A stretch of DNA of 64,000 bases from the human T2T-CHM13v2.0 reference genome, Homo sapiens. A program made the translations under genes and the position numbers. The stretch's first letter is position 1. The number at the start of each line of letters is the position of its first letter. The stretch lies in assembly GCF_009914755.1 (NCBI RefSeq), contig NC_060925.1, one strand, 5' to 3'. Shown in pieces: positions 40,123 through 58,253 of this stretch. The notes under the pieces are model-generated. The model saw only the letters and a program-made list of their open reading frames with translations. It ran no database searches and had not been told where the DNA came from.

Positions 40123-40813
40123 TTACCAGATGTGCGAAGAAGAGCTGATACCAATCTTACCGTAGTTTTTTCACACCATTAAGGGGGAGCTATTCCTCCC
40201 AAGCTTGTTCTATGAAACCAGTATCACCCTGATACCAAAATCAGGCAATGACATTGAAAAAAAAAAAAAACTATGGGCCAATATTTCTGATGAACATATT
40301 CACAACAGCAAAGTCATGGAATTAACCTAAGTGTTGGTGAACATTTGACTGTATAAAGAAAATGGGTTATATATAGTATGCCACGTTTGCCTAACCCAGA
40401 TTCACAAAGATTTTCCCCTGTGTTTTTTTTTTCTAGAAGTTTTACAGTTAAGCCTATGATCCATTGTAAGGTAACTTAAAAAAAAATATATGATATGAGA
40501 CAAGAATCATTTTTCTGCACATAAATGCTCAATTTCCCTAGAACCATTTGATGAAAAGACTATCGTTTCTCCAATAAATTGACTTTCCATCTTTGTCAAA
40601 GTCAATTTGTGTTGGTCTACAACTGGACACTTTATTTTCTTTCTTTCTTTCTCTCTTTCTTTCTTTCTTTTTCTTTCCTTCTAGACACTTTATTTTCTTT
40701 CTTTCTTTCCTTCCTTCCTTCCTTCTTTGTTTCTTTCTTTCTTTTTCTTTTTCTTCTTCAGTTTTTTATCTTTTTGTCAATACCACACTGTCTTTATTAC
40801 TGTAGCCTTATTG

Positions 40814-41460
40814 CAGAATTTCTCACCCTTAGCCCTATTGATATTTTGGGCCAGATAATTCTTTGCCGTGGAAGGCATCATGCGAATTTTAGCAGCATGC
40901 CTGGCTTCTACTTACTAGATGCTAGTAGCATTCCCTGAGTCATGACATTCAAAAATGTCTTCAGATGAGCTTGGAGGGCATTATGTTAATTAAAATAACC
41001 CTGGTACAGAAAGACAAATATTGCATGTTTTTACTTATATGTGGGAGTTAGAAAAGTTGATCTCATGGATGTAGAGAATGGTTACCAGGGGCTGAGAAGG
41101 GTAGCGGGTAGGGGGTATGAAGAGAGTTTGGTTAATGGGTACAAAATATCTAGTTAGAAAGAGTAATTTTTGGTGTTCGATGATAGCACAGTAATGTGAC
41201 TATAGTTATCAATTATTTATTGTGTATTCAATGCTAAAAGACAAGATGTGGAATGTTCTTGACACAAAGAAATGATAAATGTCCAAGTTGATGGATATCC
41301 CAACTACCCTTATCATTACACATTGTATGCATGGTATCACATGTACCCCATAAATATGTAAAATTATTGTATATTAATAAAAACATGTCCTCAGACATTA
41401 CTAAATATCCTCTGGCAGTGGTGGTGGGGGAGGGGGATTGTCTCCAATTGAGGACCACTT
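40814..41460 (+). mobile_element. MER20 hAT transposon split by an L1MA 3' fragment (40966-41383)
   Basis: MER20 halves cagaatttctcacccttag...aaaaatgtcttcaga and gacattactaaatatcc...gaggaccact. The L1 is flanked by TSD AAAA(C)ATGTCYTCAGA. Confidence 0.88.
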
Positions 41461-43209
41461 TTTTATAGTAAGTCTTGAAAATCAGACTTAATTTTTTATC
41501 CCAATGGTTTTGACTGTTCTCGTATCTTTGCTTCCTCATATGCATTTTAGAATCAGCTTGTTGATATCTACATAAAATCCTGCGGGGTTTCTGATCGATA
41601 TTGCATTGAATCTATATATCAGTTTGAGAAGAACTGACATCTTAACAATATTGAGGCTTTCAATCCATGAACACAGTATATCACTACATTTATTTAGGTC
41701 TATTTTGATTTTTTTCCATTAATTTTGTGTTATTTTAAGCATACAGATCCTATGTATGTATGTGTGTGGTATCAAATATGCTATATTAAGAAATATATAC
41801 AATGCATAAATATTTTATTGTCTGTGGTATTGTAAACAGCACCTAAGATTTTTAAAAAATTAAAAGATTAGAAAATTGACCATTGCTGTTACTGAGAAAT
41901 AGAATTGATTTTGTATATTGGTCTTGTATCCTGCAACCTTGCTAAACTCACTTATTAATTCCTGGGGTCTTTTTGTAGATTCCTTAAGATTTTCCACATA
42001 GACAAATGTATCTGAATAAAAAGTTTTATTTCCTCCTTTCCAATCTGTATGTTTTTTACTTCCTTTTTTTGTGTTACTGAACTAGCTAAACAGAAAGTAC
42101 AATGTCAAATAAGAGTAGTGAGAGCAGCTAGCCTTGTCTTGGTCCTAAGTATTCACTATTTCTCCATAAAAAATTAACTGTACATTTTTCATAGCTGCCT
42201 TCAATCAGTTTAAGAAGACAACCTTATATTTATAGTTTGCTGTAAGTTTTTTAAAAAAATTATGACTGGACATTGAGTTTTGTCAAATGTTTTTTTCTGC
42301 ATCTATGAAGATAATCAAGATAATCACATAGTTTTTTTTTTTTTAGTTTGCTGATATGATTAATTATACTGATTGATTTTCAAATGAAGAAACATTCTTT
42401 CATTTCGTAGATAAACTTATCTTGCTCATGGTGTATATTCCTTCTTATATGTTCCTGGATATTACTTGTTAATAATTCATTGGGAATTTTTCGTGATCAT
42501 GCTCATGAAGGATATTGGTTTGTAATTTTATTCTCTTGCATACATTTTGTCTGGTTTTGTTGTCAGGGTAATGATGACCTCACAAAAAAATTTAGAAAAT
42601 ATTTCTCCTAGTCTATTTTCTGGAAAAAATTATGTTGATTTAATGTTATTACTTTCTCAAATGTTTGGTTGATATTATCAGTGAAGTCTTGTGGTACTTT
42701 TCTTTGTTGGAAGGTTTTAAACTATAAATTCAGCTTTTAATAGATGGCTCAGTTTACTTATTTCTTCTCAAGTGAATTTTGGCAGTGTATCTTTAAAGAT
42801 TTATTCCATTTTATTTAAGTCGTTGAATGTATGGGCATAAAGTTATTTGTAGTATTCTCTTGTACCCTTTTAATGTCTGTAGTATCTGTAGTAATATCCC
42901 TTCTTTCATTCCTGATATTGATAATTTGTGTTATCTTTTTTCTGTCTTAGTCTGGCTAGGGGTTTATTAATAATTTTGATGTTTTAATACAATTGATTTT
43001 ATAAATGTTCTCTATTTTGTGTTTTTAATTTTATTGATTTGTGCTCTTTCTTATTTTCTTCCTTCCATTTGCTTTGTGTTTAATTTGCTCTTATTTTTCT
43101 AGTTTCTTAAGGTATAAAGTTGGAATATAAATTTAAAAGCTTTATTCTTTTCTTTTTTTCCTCATGTTTCTTGGCTGGAAGTCAATGGATATTGTCCAGA
43201 GTTGAAACA

Positions 43210-43517
43210 TTATTTATTTATGTAGTTATTTTTTGAGACAAGAGTCTTACTCTGTTACCCAGGCTGGAGTGCAGTGGCACAATCTCGGGTCACTGCAAAC
43301 TCCACCTCCCGGGTTCAAGTGATTCTCATGTCTCGTGTCTCAGTAGCTGGGACTACAGGTGTGTGCCACCACTCCCAGCTATTTTTTTTGTATCTTTAGT
43401 AGAGATGGGGATTCATCATGTTGGCCAGGCTGGTCTTGAACTCCTGGCCTCAAGTGAAGCACCTGCCTTGGCCTCCCAAAGTGCTGGGATTACAGGTGGG
43501 AGCCACTGTGTCTGGCC
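43210..43517 (-). mobile_element. AluS (Sz/Sx-like)
   Basis: Alu dimer antisense with (TATT)n tail. Confidence 0.93.
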
Positions 43518-43731
43518 CTGTATTTTAATATTTAGGTAATTTAGAATATTTTCTGAATTCTCTTGAGACTTCCTTTTTGATCAATGGGTTACTTAGAAAG
43601 GTTTTACTTAATTTCCAAAATTTTTGGAATTTTCCAGATACCCTCGTTATTAATTTCTAATTTAATTCTCTTACGGTCAAAGAAAACAATGCTTTCTATT
43701 GTTTTCAATTGGCTATAGTTTGCTTATGGTG

Positions 43732-43956
43732 CAGAAGATTGGTAGGTAACCTTTTCTGTAAAGGGTCAGATAGTAAATACTTTTGGTGTTAGGGCCATAT
43801 GGTCTCTCCTGCACTATTCATCTCTGCCTTTGTGACACAAAAATAGCCACAGACAACACACAAACAAATTGGCATGGTTATGTCTCAATAAGACTAATTT
43901 ACAAAAATAGATGGTGGGTGAAATTTTGTCCACAGGTTATAGTTTGCTAATCTCTG
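43732..43956 (+). mobile_element. MER58A hAT transposon
   Basis: ttttctgtaaagggtcagatagtaaatac...atagtttgctaatctctg. Confidence 0.85.
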
Positions 43957-44075
43957 ATCTACCTTGGTGAATGTTCCACATACACTTGAAAAGAATGTAT
44001 ATTCTCTTGTTCTAGGGCAGAATACTTTATAAATATTAATTAGGTCAAGTTGACGGAGAATGTTCAGATCTTCTT

Positions 44076-45026
44076 TTTTTTGTTTTTGTTCAGAGTCACT
44101 TTATTTGAAAGGCTCTGCACATATCTTTGCATACCACAAACTAGAAAAACAAGTTATCATAAATTAGAGAATTAAAAATAAAACACATTGATACAATATT
44201 TGAAATATGAAAGACCCTGAGAAGTCATATTTGGTAGTACATTTCAGTCACAACAGGCAAAAGTTTGCTATTTTGAAAAAGAATCAGAAAAAAGGGTGAA
44301 AGAGATTTTATGTATTTCTTTCTTCTTCTGTCCAAAATCTAGTTCTTGTGTTTGCTATTTTCACTGCTATAATTTAATTAAAAAGTATATAATCTTCTAA
44401 AAATTTCTGGTATAATGCTATTAAAAATACATAGCGATAATGCTTTCACATATATGAGGTTTTCACATATTATATAATATGAAAGCTTATAGTTTTCAAA
44501 ATTAGGCTTCCCTTTCATAGACTGATGCCTGCCACAAACTATTTACTTTTAAAAGATATTTCCTTTAAATACGCTAGTAAACTATCAGATCACTATATTT
44601 CATAGTCTATTATACACAACTGAACATCACAACCTAGAAACTGAATTGGCAGAAGCAATGATTAAATCTAGACATAACTAAGAAAAAACAAAATTAAGTC
44701 CCCAGGAAAAGGCTAAGAGAAGGTACTCTGGGCATTTCTGACACAATTTGTCATAATGTCAAAATAACATGACTTTGTAAATAATATTAACTATATGTAA
44801 TATTTCTGCCATACAAATGACCTAGAGATTGAATTATAACTTCTGTTAATTTTTATAAAAGATAAGTCTGTTCCAACCAGTATTTAGTTGATGAAGAATA
44901 GTGTTCATGGAACTTAGGTCAAATAGGGTTGTTCATAAAATAAATTCATTTTTATCTTTTCTAGAATGTTTTTTTTCTCTCAAAAGACAAGGGACTGAGC
45001 AGCTATAAAATGTTCACTTTTCTGGT
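44076..45026 (-). other. L1-mediated retroposed non-TE sequence (orphan 3'UTR retrocopy or 3' transduction)
   Basis: 15-bp TSD TGTTCAGRTCTTCTT at 44061-44075 and 45027-45041. Poly(T) at 44074-44087. Minus-strand AATAAA at 44100-44105. TT/AAGA endonuclease site. Confidence 0.85.
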
Positions 45027-45502
45027 TGTTCAGGTCTTCTTAATTCTTGCCTATTTTCTACTTCTGTTAATTATCAGGAGGTGCTTTGATGTCTCCAAGT
45101 ATAATTGTAGATTTGTCCATTTTTCCTTTTAGTTGTATCAGTTTTCGATTCATGTATTTTGAAGCTCTGTGGTTTTGCACATACATACCTGGATTGTTAT
45201 GTGTTCTTGGTATGTTTGCCTCTCTTCCTCCCTGACAATGTTCCTTGTTCTGAAGTTTGCTTTGATAACAATATAGCCATTCTTGCATTCTTTTTGTTAG
45301 TGTATGTTGATGGTTTGTCATTTTCTATTCTTTTATTTTTAATCGATCTATATAATAATATTTATAGTAAGCTGCTTATAGACTTTAATTGTATCCCCCA
45401 ATTTTTGATATGTTCTTTTCATATTTAAGTAGGTCAAAATATTTTCTGAATTCTCTTGAGACTTTTTGATCAATGGGTTATTTAGAAGGGTGTTGTTTAA
45501 TT

Positions 45503-45811
45503 TTTTCTTTCTTTCTTTTTTTTTTTTTTTTGACGGAGGCTCACCCTGTCTCCCAGGCTGGAGTGCAGTGGTGTGATCTTGGCTCACTGCAGCCTCCACC
45601 TCCCAGGTCCAAGGTATTCTCCTGTCTTAGTTTCTCAAGTAACTGGGATTACAGGTACGTGTCACCAAGCCCAGCTAATATTTGTATTTGTAGTAGAGAC
45701 TGGGTTTTGACATGTTGGCCAGGCTGGTCTTGAACTCCTGACTTCAGTTGATCTGCCCACCTCGGTTTCCCAAAGTGCTGGGAGTACAGGCATGAGCCAC
45801 CGCGCCTGGCC
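45503..45811 (-). mobile_element. AluS
   Basis: Alu dimer antisense; TTAATTTT flanking repeat. Confidence 0.93.
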
Positions 45812-46049
45812 TTAATTTTCAATTCTACAGAGCTTTTAGGTGATCTTCTTTGTTTCCCCACTCTGACAATTTCTATCTTTTAATTGGCATGTTGAGACCA
45901 TTTATATTCAATGAAATTATCGATATGGCTACATTTAGGTTTACTTTTTTATTATTTTATAATTTCTTCCCTCTGGTTTTTATTTCTCTATTTACTATTC
46001 TTTGCCATGCTTTATATTATAGGCATACCATGCCTTCAGCAAGTCATAA

Positions 46050-49130
<3,081 letters not shown>

Positions 49131-51199
49131 ACATATTTTAAGCCATTATTTCTTCAAATTTTTTTTCTGTGCCAATCTCTCTCTCATCTTTTTCTGGGAT
49201 TTCAATGATATGAATATTAGACTTTTGAATATTTTCCTCTAGGTCTCTGGAGCTCTGTTTTTTAAAATAATTTCCCTCTGAATTCTTCAGATTGAATAAT
49301 TTTTATTGATCTATACTTGCTTGCTGACTCCTCTATTATCTCCCTTGAGTCCATCCAGTAAATTTTATATTTCAGATATTATATTTTTTAGTTCTAAAAT
49401 CACCATTTGATTCTGTATTTGTAGCTCCTGCTTCTCTGCTGAGCACTTCTATTTTTTTATCCATTTCAAAAGTGGTTCCTTCTAGAAGCACAATTATAGT
49501 AACTGCTCTAAATTCTGTCTGATTCCCATATCTGGGTCATCTCAGGATTGACATCTGTTGATTTTGTTTTCCCTTATGAGTGGTTAGATGTTTTTGGTGC
49601 TATATGTCAAGTTATTTTGGATTTTATTGACAATTTGAGTACTATATGGGGAGACTCTATGTCCTAATAAAGTCCTTTGGGGAAGGTTATTTTTTGGTTG
49701 TTGTTATTTTGCTTTTGTAGATACTCAATTTTGTTAGGTTCAGACTGCAAGTTTTAGCTCACCTTTCTGGATGGTGATTCCAATGTTAGTTACATTTTCA
49801 AGGCCTTTGCTGTGCTGCTCTGGGTCTGTCTGTGCATGTGCTACTCAGAGATAACTCCAGTGTGTCTTTAGCTACAGAATTAGAAGATTTCCTTCTCTAG
49901 CTCTTTCCCCTCAAGTATTTCCTTCCCCCAAATTCTCTGACTTCCAAGGGCTTGTTTTCCTAGTTATGTGGTCACTAGAAAGATAAGATTTAACTTGAAG
50001 CTATAGTGACCATAATACCCATAATTCTCCATGATCGGGGCTGCCTTTAGAGCAAAATGGCAGAGAAAAGAGAGAGGAAGATAAAACATAAAAGTGATTC
50101 ATCTACCCTTTTTGTACTACAGGATTTCCTTTTGGTTCCTTTCTAGTTCCTCTGGCCCAAAGTTTGGGTTTTCCCTCAAGGTGTTAGGTACTGGAGACAT
50201 TGTTGCCACCACATTGTAGGTTCATGGGTGGGCTGCCCTTGGTGTAGAACTGGGAAAAAATAGAAAAACTGATGGGAATTTTCTACTCTTCCCATTTTTC
50301 CCAGTCCTCTTTTTATGGGGACCTATTTTCTGGGCCCTCTGATCAGAAATACTCTTAGAGCTTTTGCTGCTCGCTTCCATGATGGAACCACTCTTGAGTC
50401 AAAGTGGGAAAACAAAAGAACAAAAATACCAAGGAAATTCACCTGTGAATGGATTTTTCTTCAAGCTTAGCTTCTCCTTCCTAATTTGCTTGCATTCTTA
50501 ATTTTTTTAGAGCTCTCAAGTAGTTGCAGTTTATGTTTTGTCCACTATTTTCAGTTGTAATCCATGAGAGACAGTGGCTGTAGTGGACTTGTTCCCTCTT
50601 GGCTAGCAATAGGAGTTCTCTGTATCTATGCACGTTTGTATTGATTCTTCATAGCTCACAGTGTCTGTCACCTAGGTGATGAGCAAAACGTATGTATTGA
50701 GTGAAAGGATGAATGAATAGACAAAGGAATGAAAAAATAAGAATATGAAAAAAATAAAGGAAGGAAGAAAGAAGATGAATAGATGGATGGGCAAGGAACA
50801 TGTGATTCCTACAGGTGTGTCAGTGTTTAGGCATGATTCTATTTTATGGTCGCTAGATGGCAGTAGAAGACAACGCCCACTCAGCGATTTTTTTAAAAAA
50901 ATGTATTCAACATTTATTGACAGTCTACTATAGGCAAGGCACTTTATTAGGAACTGAGAGGGGTGAAAGTGGGGAGGAGGATAGGGTCCAAAGAAAAATA
51001 AGAGTCAGCTTCTGGCCTTTAACAATTCACAAGTTGACAAGTACAGAAAGATTAACCAAATTATGGACATCCTTAAATGGGGTGAGGGGCCATAGCCTCT
51101 ACATTCATGTGGTCATGGCCCTGTCTGAAGGCTGAGAATTAGGTGGATGGGCAGATTTTAGGGGCAGTACACTGTTCTTTGCTGGTGGGGTGGCCAGCC

Positions 51200-51520
51200 A
51201 CCGCTGGATCAAAAGCCAAAGACTCAATTGCTTCTAGGTTCCCAGACGGAAGCTGAGTGACTACTGCAGCCTGCCTGCAGTAGTCACTTGATCCTCTGAA
51301 GGGCCTGGATGGACTCAGCTTGTTCTCACGTGGGGATGTGGGCCTAGCATTACCAGATCTTCCATTTCTCATGACAAGTCAAAAATACAAACTGATATGA
51401 AATTTCCTGATTTGTAAATGCTGGCACTAATTCACAGTTTACAAAGCACTGAGTGAGTCAATCAAAACACATCTATGGGAATGGAGTTGGCTCTTGAACC
51501 ATCATCACTTCGTGATCTCT
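51200..51520 (-). mobile_element. MER102-like hAT transposon
   Basis: gatgtgggcctagcattaccagatcttccattt...gaaatttcctgatttgtaaatgctggcactaattca...caaaacacatct. Confidence 0.65.
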
Positions 51521-52404
51521 ATTCCAGAGAGTCATCTGTGAGTTCCTTTCATGGTCTCTGCCATGGATGCCACTCAGACCAAAGTGTCCTTTGAAGGAGT
51601 TCCTCCTTTTTTCCCCCTCTCCTTGTTCTCCATTCCTTATGTTCAGAGATTCCCTAAGAGAGCAACACTTACCAGCTTTTCTCCATGCCAGTGAGCCCTA
51701 CCTGATCTCTCCTCTAGGAAGGAGCCACCAGGCTGGCCAGTCAGGGCAGGTGGCTGGGTTGCAAGCACTCCATTTCTGGTGTCCTTCTTACATCTCAAAT
51801 ACATCAGTTTGAGCTTTTTCATGACCCTAAAGGTTCATTCGTGTGCAGAAAAGATTCAGAAATTATTTTGATTTTAAAAATTAATTTTCTTTTTAAATCT
51901 ATTTAAAAGTTCCTTCAAACATTTAGGTTACATTTAAAATATTATTATTCTATTTACATGTCTACATACATACTTTATTAATTGCTTCATATTTTTTAAT
52001 AGTTAGATCTGAAGGAGAATTTAGATTTTCAGTTTCTCTTGCTGATTCCTTATTACAACTATCCAGGACAAAGGAAAAGGATGATTAGTATTCCATGTTC
52101 CCTGAGGCCATGGAAGCTGGGAATCTGGTCCAAGGGCACTAGGGTGCCTGAGAAATGCAGTACCAAGAGGTACAGAATGTCGACTCAGGAAGGAGGTAGG
52201 GAGTTTCTTTCCCTCTTTCTCTCCTCCAGTGATCAGTACTCCAGGTGGCATAGCAAGAGTCAGAAAAGTACAGCAGTTGCAAGGGCGTTTCTCTCTGAGG
52301 TTCAGCCTCAACTCTTCCTCTAACCAGGGACGTCACTTTGGACACATTGCTTAGCCTCTCCATGCCTTCATTTTCTTTCTGTGAAGTGGGAGTGTTAACA
52401 TATT

Positions 52405-52690
52405 CTGGAAGGTGTTGGGAAAGGGAAGATGTTGATCAAAGGGTATAAAGTTTAAGTTAGATTAGAGAAATATATTTTAGTGTTCTATTACACTGCATGG
52501 TGACCGTGGCTAATAATATGTTATTATATATTTCAAAATTACTAAAAGAATAGATTTTTAATGTTCTCATTACAAAAAATGATAAGTTGGTGAAGCGATC
52601 GATATTTTAATTAGCTTGACTGAGTCTTTCTACAATGTATACATAGATGAAAACATCATATTGTACCCCATAGATTTATACAATTATATA
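52405..52690 (+). mobile_element. L1MA 3' end inserted in a MIR (MIR ~52320-52400 and ~52695-52760)
   Basis: gatgttgatcaaagggtataaagtt...ttgtaccccatagatttatacaatta. Confidence 0.82.
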
Positions 52691-54494
52691 TATTATCTCA
52701 CAGAGCTATTCTGAAGATTAAGTAAAATGTCTGGCCTAATATAAACAGGAGGTAAACAGATAGGTATTTATTTCTTGTTTCTTTGATATAAATGTTGACA
52801 TCGGATTTATTTGTTAGGACGAACTATAGACAAGATGGTGAGAACCAGCAAGATGTCCTCAGGAATTCCTGCTTCACTTATCCCACAGAGCTGACTGTGG
52901 CCCCTTCAGAAGTCCAGATACTTTTTATTCTCATTTCCTTTCCAGTCTCAATGTGAACTCTTAGCAAAAAACTGGATCCTTCTCAATCAGCTATTTCCTT
53001 CAGAGAGGCGGAAGAAGGAGAGATGGGTGAGGGGTCATCCCAGAAATCCTAGTGGACAGGCCTCTTCTGGGAGCATCAGATGCCTACAAGGTGTTTATGG
53101 ACTGACATCTGTGAGTGTGTCTGTTTTCTTAGTGTTGGTGTCAGGGTGTGTAGAAGTTGAAAGTGAATGGCAACTCTAGTGTCTTGTTGTGTTACGAACT
53201 TTCACCAGGTGGCAGAAGAGTACTGTGAAGAGAAGTCACAAGGATTCACAATCACTCTCCAAAGTAGTGGGAAGTCAAGCAAGAAAGGGTGGCTTGTTCA
53301 GAACAGTTGCGATCATTCTGAAAGCAACTCATAAGGGTTGGCAAGTTAAGCTCCAATATGAATTCATTTAGAAACCAGAAAAACAAGAAGAGACTAGCTT
53401 GCCAGATGAGAGGAGATTCTGTATGAAAGGAGAGACTTCTAGAAGTGTGGTTGGCAAACCATCCCAAAAGCCTGCACAGTAGGGTAACATGAATGGACCT
53501 CATTTAGTTGATTACCTGGAAGTTCAACTGTGGGTATGAAATGTAGGATCAGCTAATATGGTGGCAGAGGAGCTGGTTGCCTATATGGTTTAATTGGAGA
53601 ATTCCTGAATCTATTTTCTTCCACCCAGTTTCTCTATTATGGTTTATCTGGGGTCAGCCTTTTCTCTAAAAGGTCACTATTATAATGCAAGTACGGAACA
53701 CCCCCCCTCCCCAGCCCCTTAACTCTTGTTAACTGATATTAATTCTTCTGATTAGTTTATGTCACTTGGAAGAGTGGATTGTCCCAAGGAAAGAATGGAG
53801 AACAGGCTAGACCTTGGTGTTGCTAAAGCTAGTGCTGCACTCATGGCTAGGCCAGTGTTCTCCTGTTGAGTAGAAACAATTTCATAGAATGCCAACATCA
53901 GAAAAGGCACTCTGTGATCACAATAGAGAAAGAAATAAAATCCACTCTATAATCCTGTCTGAGCACAGATGAAACCAAGAGCGTTGTCTAAAAGTGACCA
54001 CAAAAATGACCAGTGTGCCCCTATCCTTATTGATATAAGAGATTGCTGCTGCTTTACCAAGGAATGCTTTAGTCAGTCTCGTTTTATTCTTCACACCTTC
54101 TAGGTAAGAATTATTAAGATACCCAGTCATGGGATCCTAACAATATCTAACTCAGAGAAAAGATCCACTTCTTTAAACCCTGTCCAAAATCACTTAACAC
54201 GAGGTTTGGCAAGAGAGCACCTGACGTTCAGAGAGAGATGAAAACTAGGGAAAGAATGTACCAAAGGAAAGGAAAGAGATGATGAAGCCAAAACCTCAGG
54301 GCTTTACAGTGGGGCCTTGAGTGGGCTCTTGTTTCAATGTATTCAGTAACCAGAAGCCAGGGACCCTGCTTGCACTGCCTGCCACTGACATTTCTCCTCT
54401 GATCTAAGTCTCTGCTTAACAAAGAAGCCTGTGGCTACTCTTAAAGTCTCCCCATCTGGAATGGGGGTGAGTTTGTTCAGCTCACTCCTTCTTC

Positions 54495-54670
54495 TCCTTC
54501 CTGAGCAGCTGACTTATTCTGATGTGGTTTTGCGGTTATACAGTAAGCAGCACTGCTTATGTGGACATGGTGTACTTTCAGTTTCTGAAAGTGAGTCATG
54601 TTGACTTTCCTCTGAGGAGTAAGGGTGACCCTTGCTTAAAAGGACAACATGACTAGAAGGAAGAAACACC
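54495..54670. promoter_or_regulatory. Candidate lymphocyte enhancer motif cluster
   Basis: E-box CAGCTG 54506; tandem RUNX TGTGGTTT 54523 and TGCGGTT 54531; ISRE/IRF ACTTTCAGTTTC 54574; AP-1 TGAGTCA 54592; ETS-like TTCC/GGAA sites. All in non-repeat DNA. Confidence 0.55.
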
Positions 54671-55636
54671 AGAGGCCACCAGGACCAGAATGTTTACCAA
54701 TGTAGGCAGTCACTAGTTTTTAGGAGTAGTTTGTGTCATCTTTTTAAACAAGGTAAACTAGGAAGAAACATTTGGTTTTGAATCTTTGAGTGTTTGCCAA
54801 TGTTTGAAGTACTTATCTATTTTTACTCATCATTTAAAGTGATGTTTGTGGCTAAGAGCTCAAGATCTACAAACATACTTAAATAAGTTTACATTTGGTC
54901 AGCTGGAACCTGATGGGGACATTTCCAAGAGGATCACTTGCTAGTATTACATCTTTAATTTTCATGTATGTTAATGGCTTGTGATATTGGACTATTCATC
55001 CAGGCCCTAAGAAATCTCAGCAGGTCTATTGAGAATCAAAATTAAGGCTGTACATAGCCACTATACAGAATAAGGAGTTTCTTGTAATCTAACTCTCCTT
55101 CGTGGTCTTATTTGGTTAATTTTTTCATGATAACATGTAGAGCCAATATGGGCTCTTGTCACCACTTCTGCATCCTTGCAAGCATTGTTAATTGTCTTAT
55201 GTTTTTCTTGCTTAGCCAGGATGTAGCCTCAAGATACTTCCCGTCACCATGCTCCTGACAGCCACTGCTGTCAGATCACAGTAGATAAGTGAGATCAAGC
55301 CCACTTGCATGTCTGCCCTAGAATCTCCATTTAACTTTGCTCTTGGGTATCCAAATCATAGGAGTGCCGCTGTCCTCCAATCGAGGAGACTGTCTTTCTT
55401 TCCTCAATAATTAAATCCCTCTGGGTCCAAGAAAGCGCGAATAGAATTATTGTCAAATTCTATATCACTGAGCCATCATCACTACCTATTGCCTTGGTAA
55501 GTCATTTGGGCAATTGGAGAGAATAAGAAAAGCCCAGTAGTGAAGCAGCATGTATTAAATAATTAGTGAGATATTCAAGACAGTTTATATTTCACAAGTA
55601 TATAAAAATTGCTATTACTTCACGGGACTGAATTTC

Positions 55637-56007
55637 CTTTTCTATTTTCTCTTTCTTTCTTTCTTTCTTTCTTTCTTTTCTTTCTTTCTTTCCTTCCTTC
55701 CTTCCTTCCTTCCTTCCTTCCTTCCTTCCTTCCTTCCTTCCTTCCTTCTTTTTTTTGAGATGGCATCTTGCTCTGTTGCCCAGGCTAGAGTGATCACAGC
55801 TCACTGCAACCTCTGCCTCCCAGGCTCAAGCGATCTTCACACCTCAGCCTCCTGAGTAGTTGGAACTACAAGTATGCACCACCAAGCCCGGCTAATTTTT
55901 GTATTTTTTGTAGAGACGGAGTTTCATCATGTTGCCCAGGCTGGTCTGTGAACTCCTGGACTCAAGCCATCTGCCTGCCTTGGCCTCCCAAAGGGCTGGG
56001 ATTACAG
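55637..56007 (-). mobile_element. AluJ, slightly 5'-truncated, with a (CTTT)n(CCTT)n microsatellite tail
   Basis: Alu antisense; TSD GGGRCTGAATTTY at 55624 and 56008. Confidence 0.92.
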
Positions 56008-56327
56008 GGGGCTGAATTTTCAAGGCAAGGCAAGTCCCCCTTTTAACTTTTGTTAGGTACTAGGCCTGTCATTTGGTAGTTGCTATAAAGTAGGTGGCAG
56101 CATCTATTAGGATGGAATAGATTCAGTAGGGAGACTTACTAAACTGCTAATATTTATGAAATTTAGTATGTGATAGCTATTTGTACTTCTTAATAAAATA
56201 TATTTATTAAAATCATAACATACAAGTACTGATTAAATATTGTTCTAGCTGAGAGTCTTGGTTGCAATTAATAGGTATAAGCTCTAGATTATATAAGCAG
56301 GAAAAGGACTTATTGAAAGGTTCTAGA

Positions 56328-58253
<1,926 letters not shown>

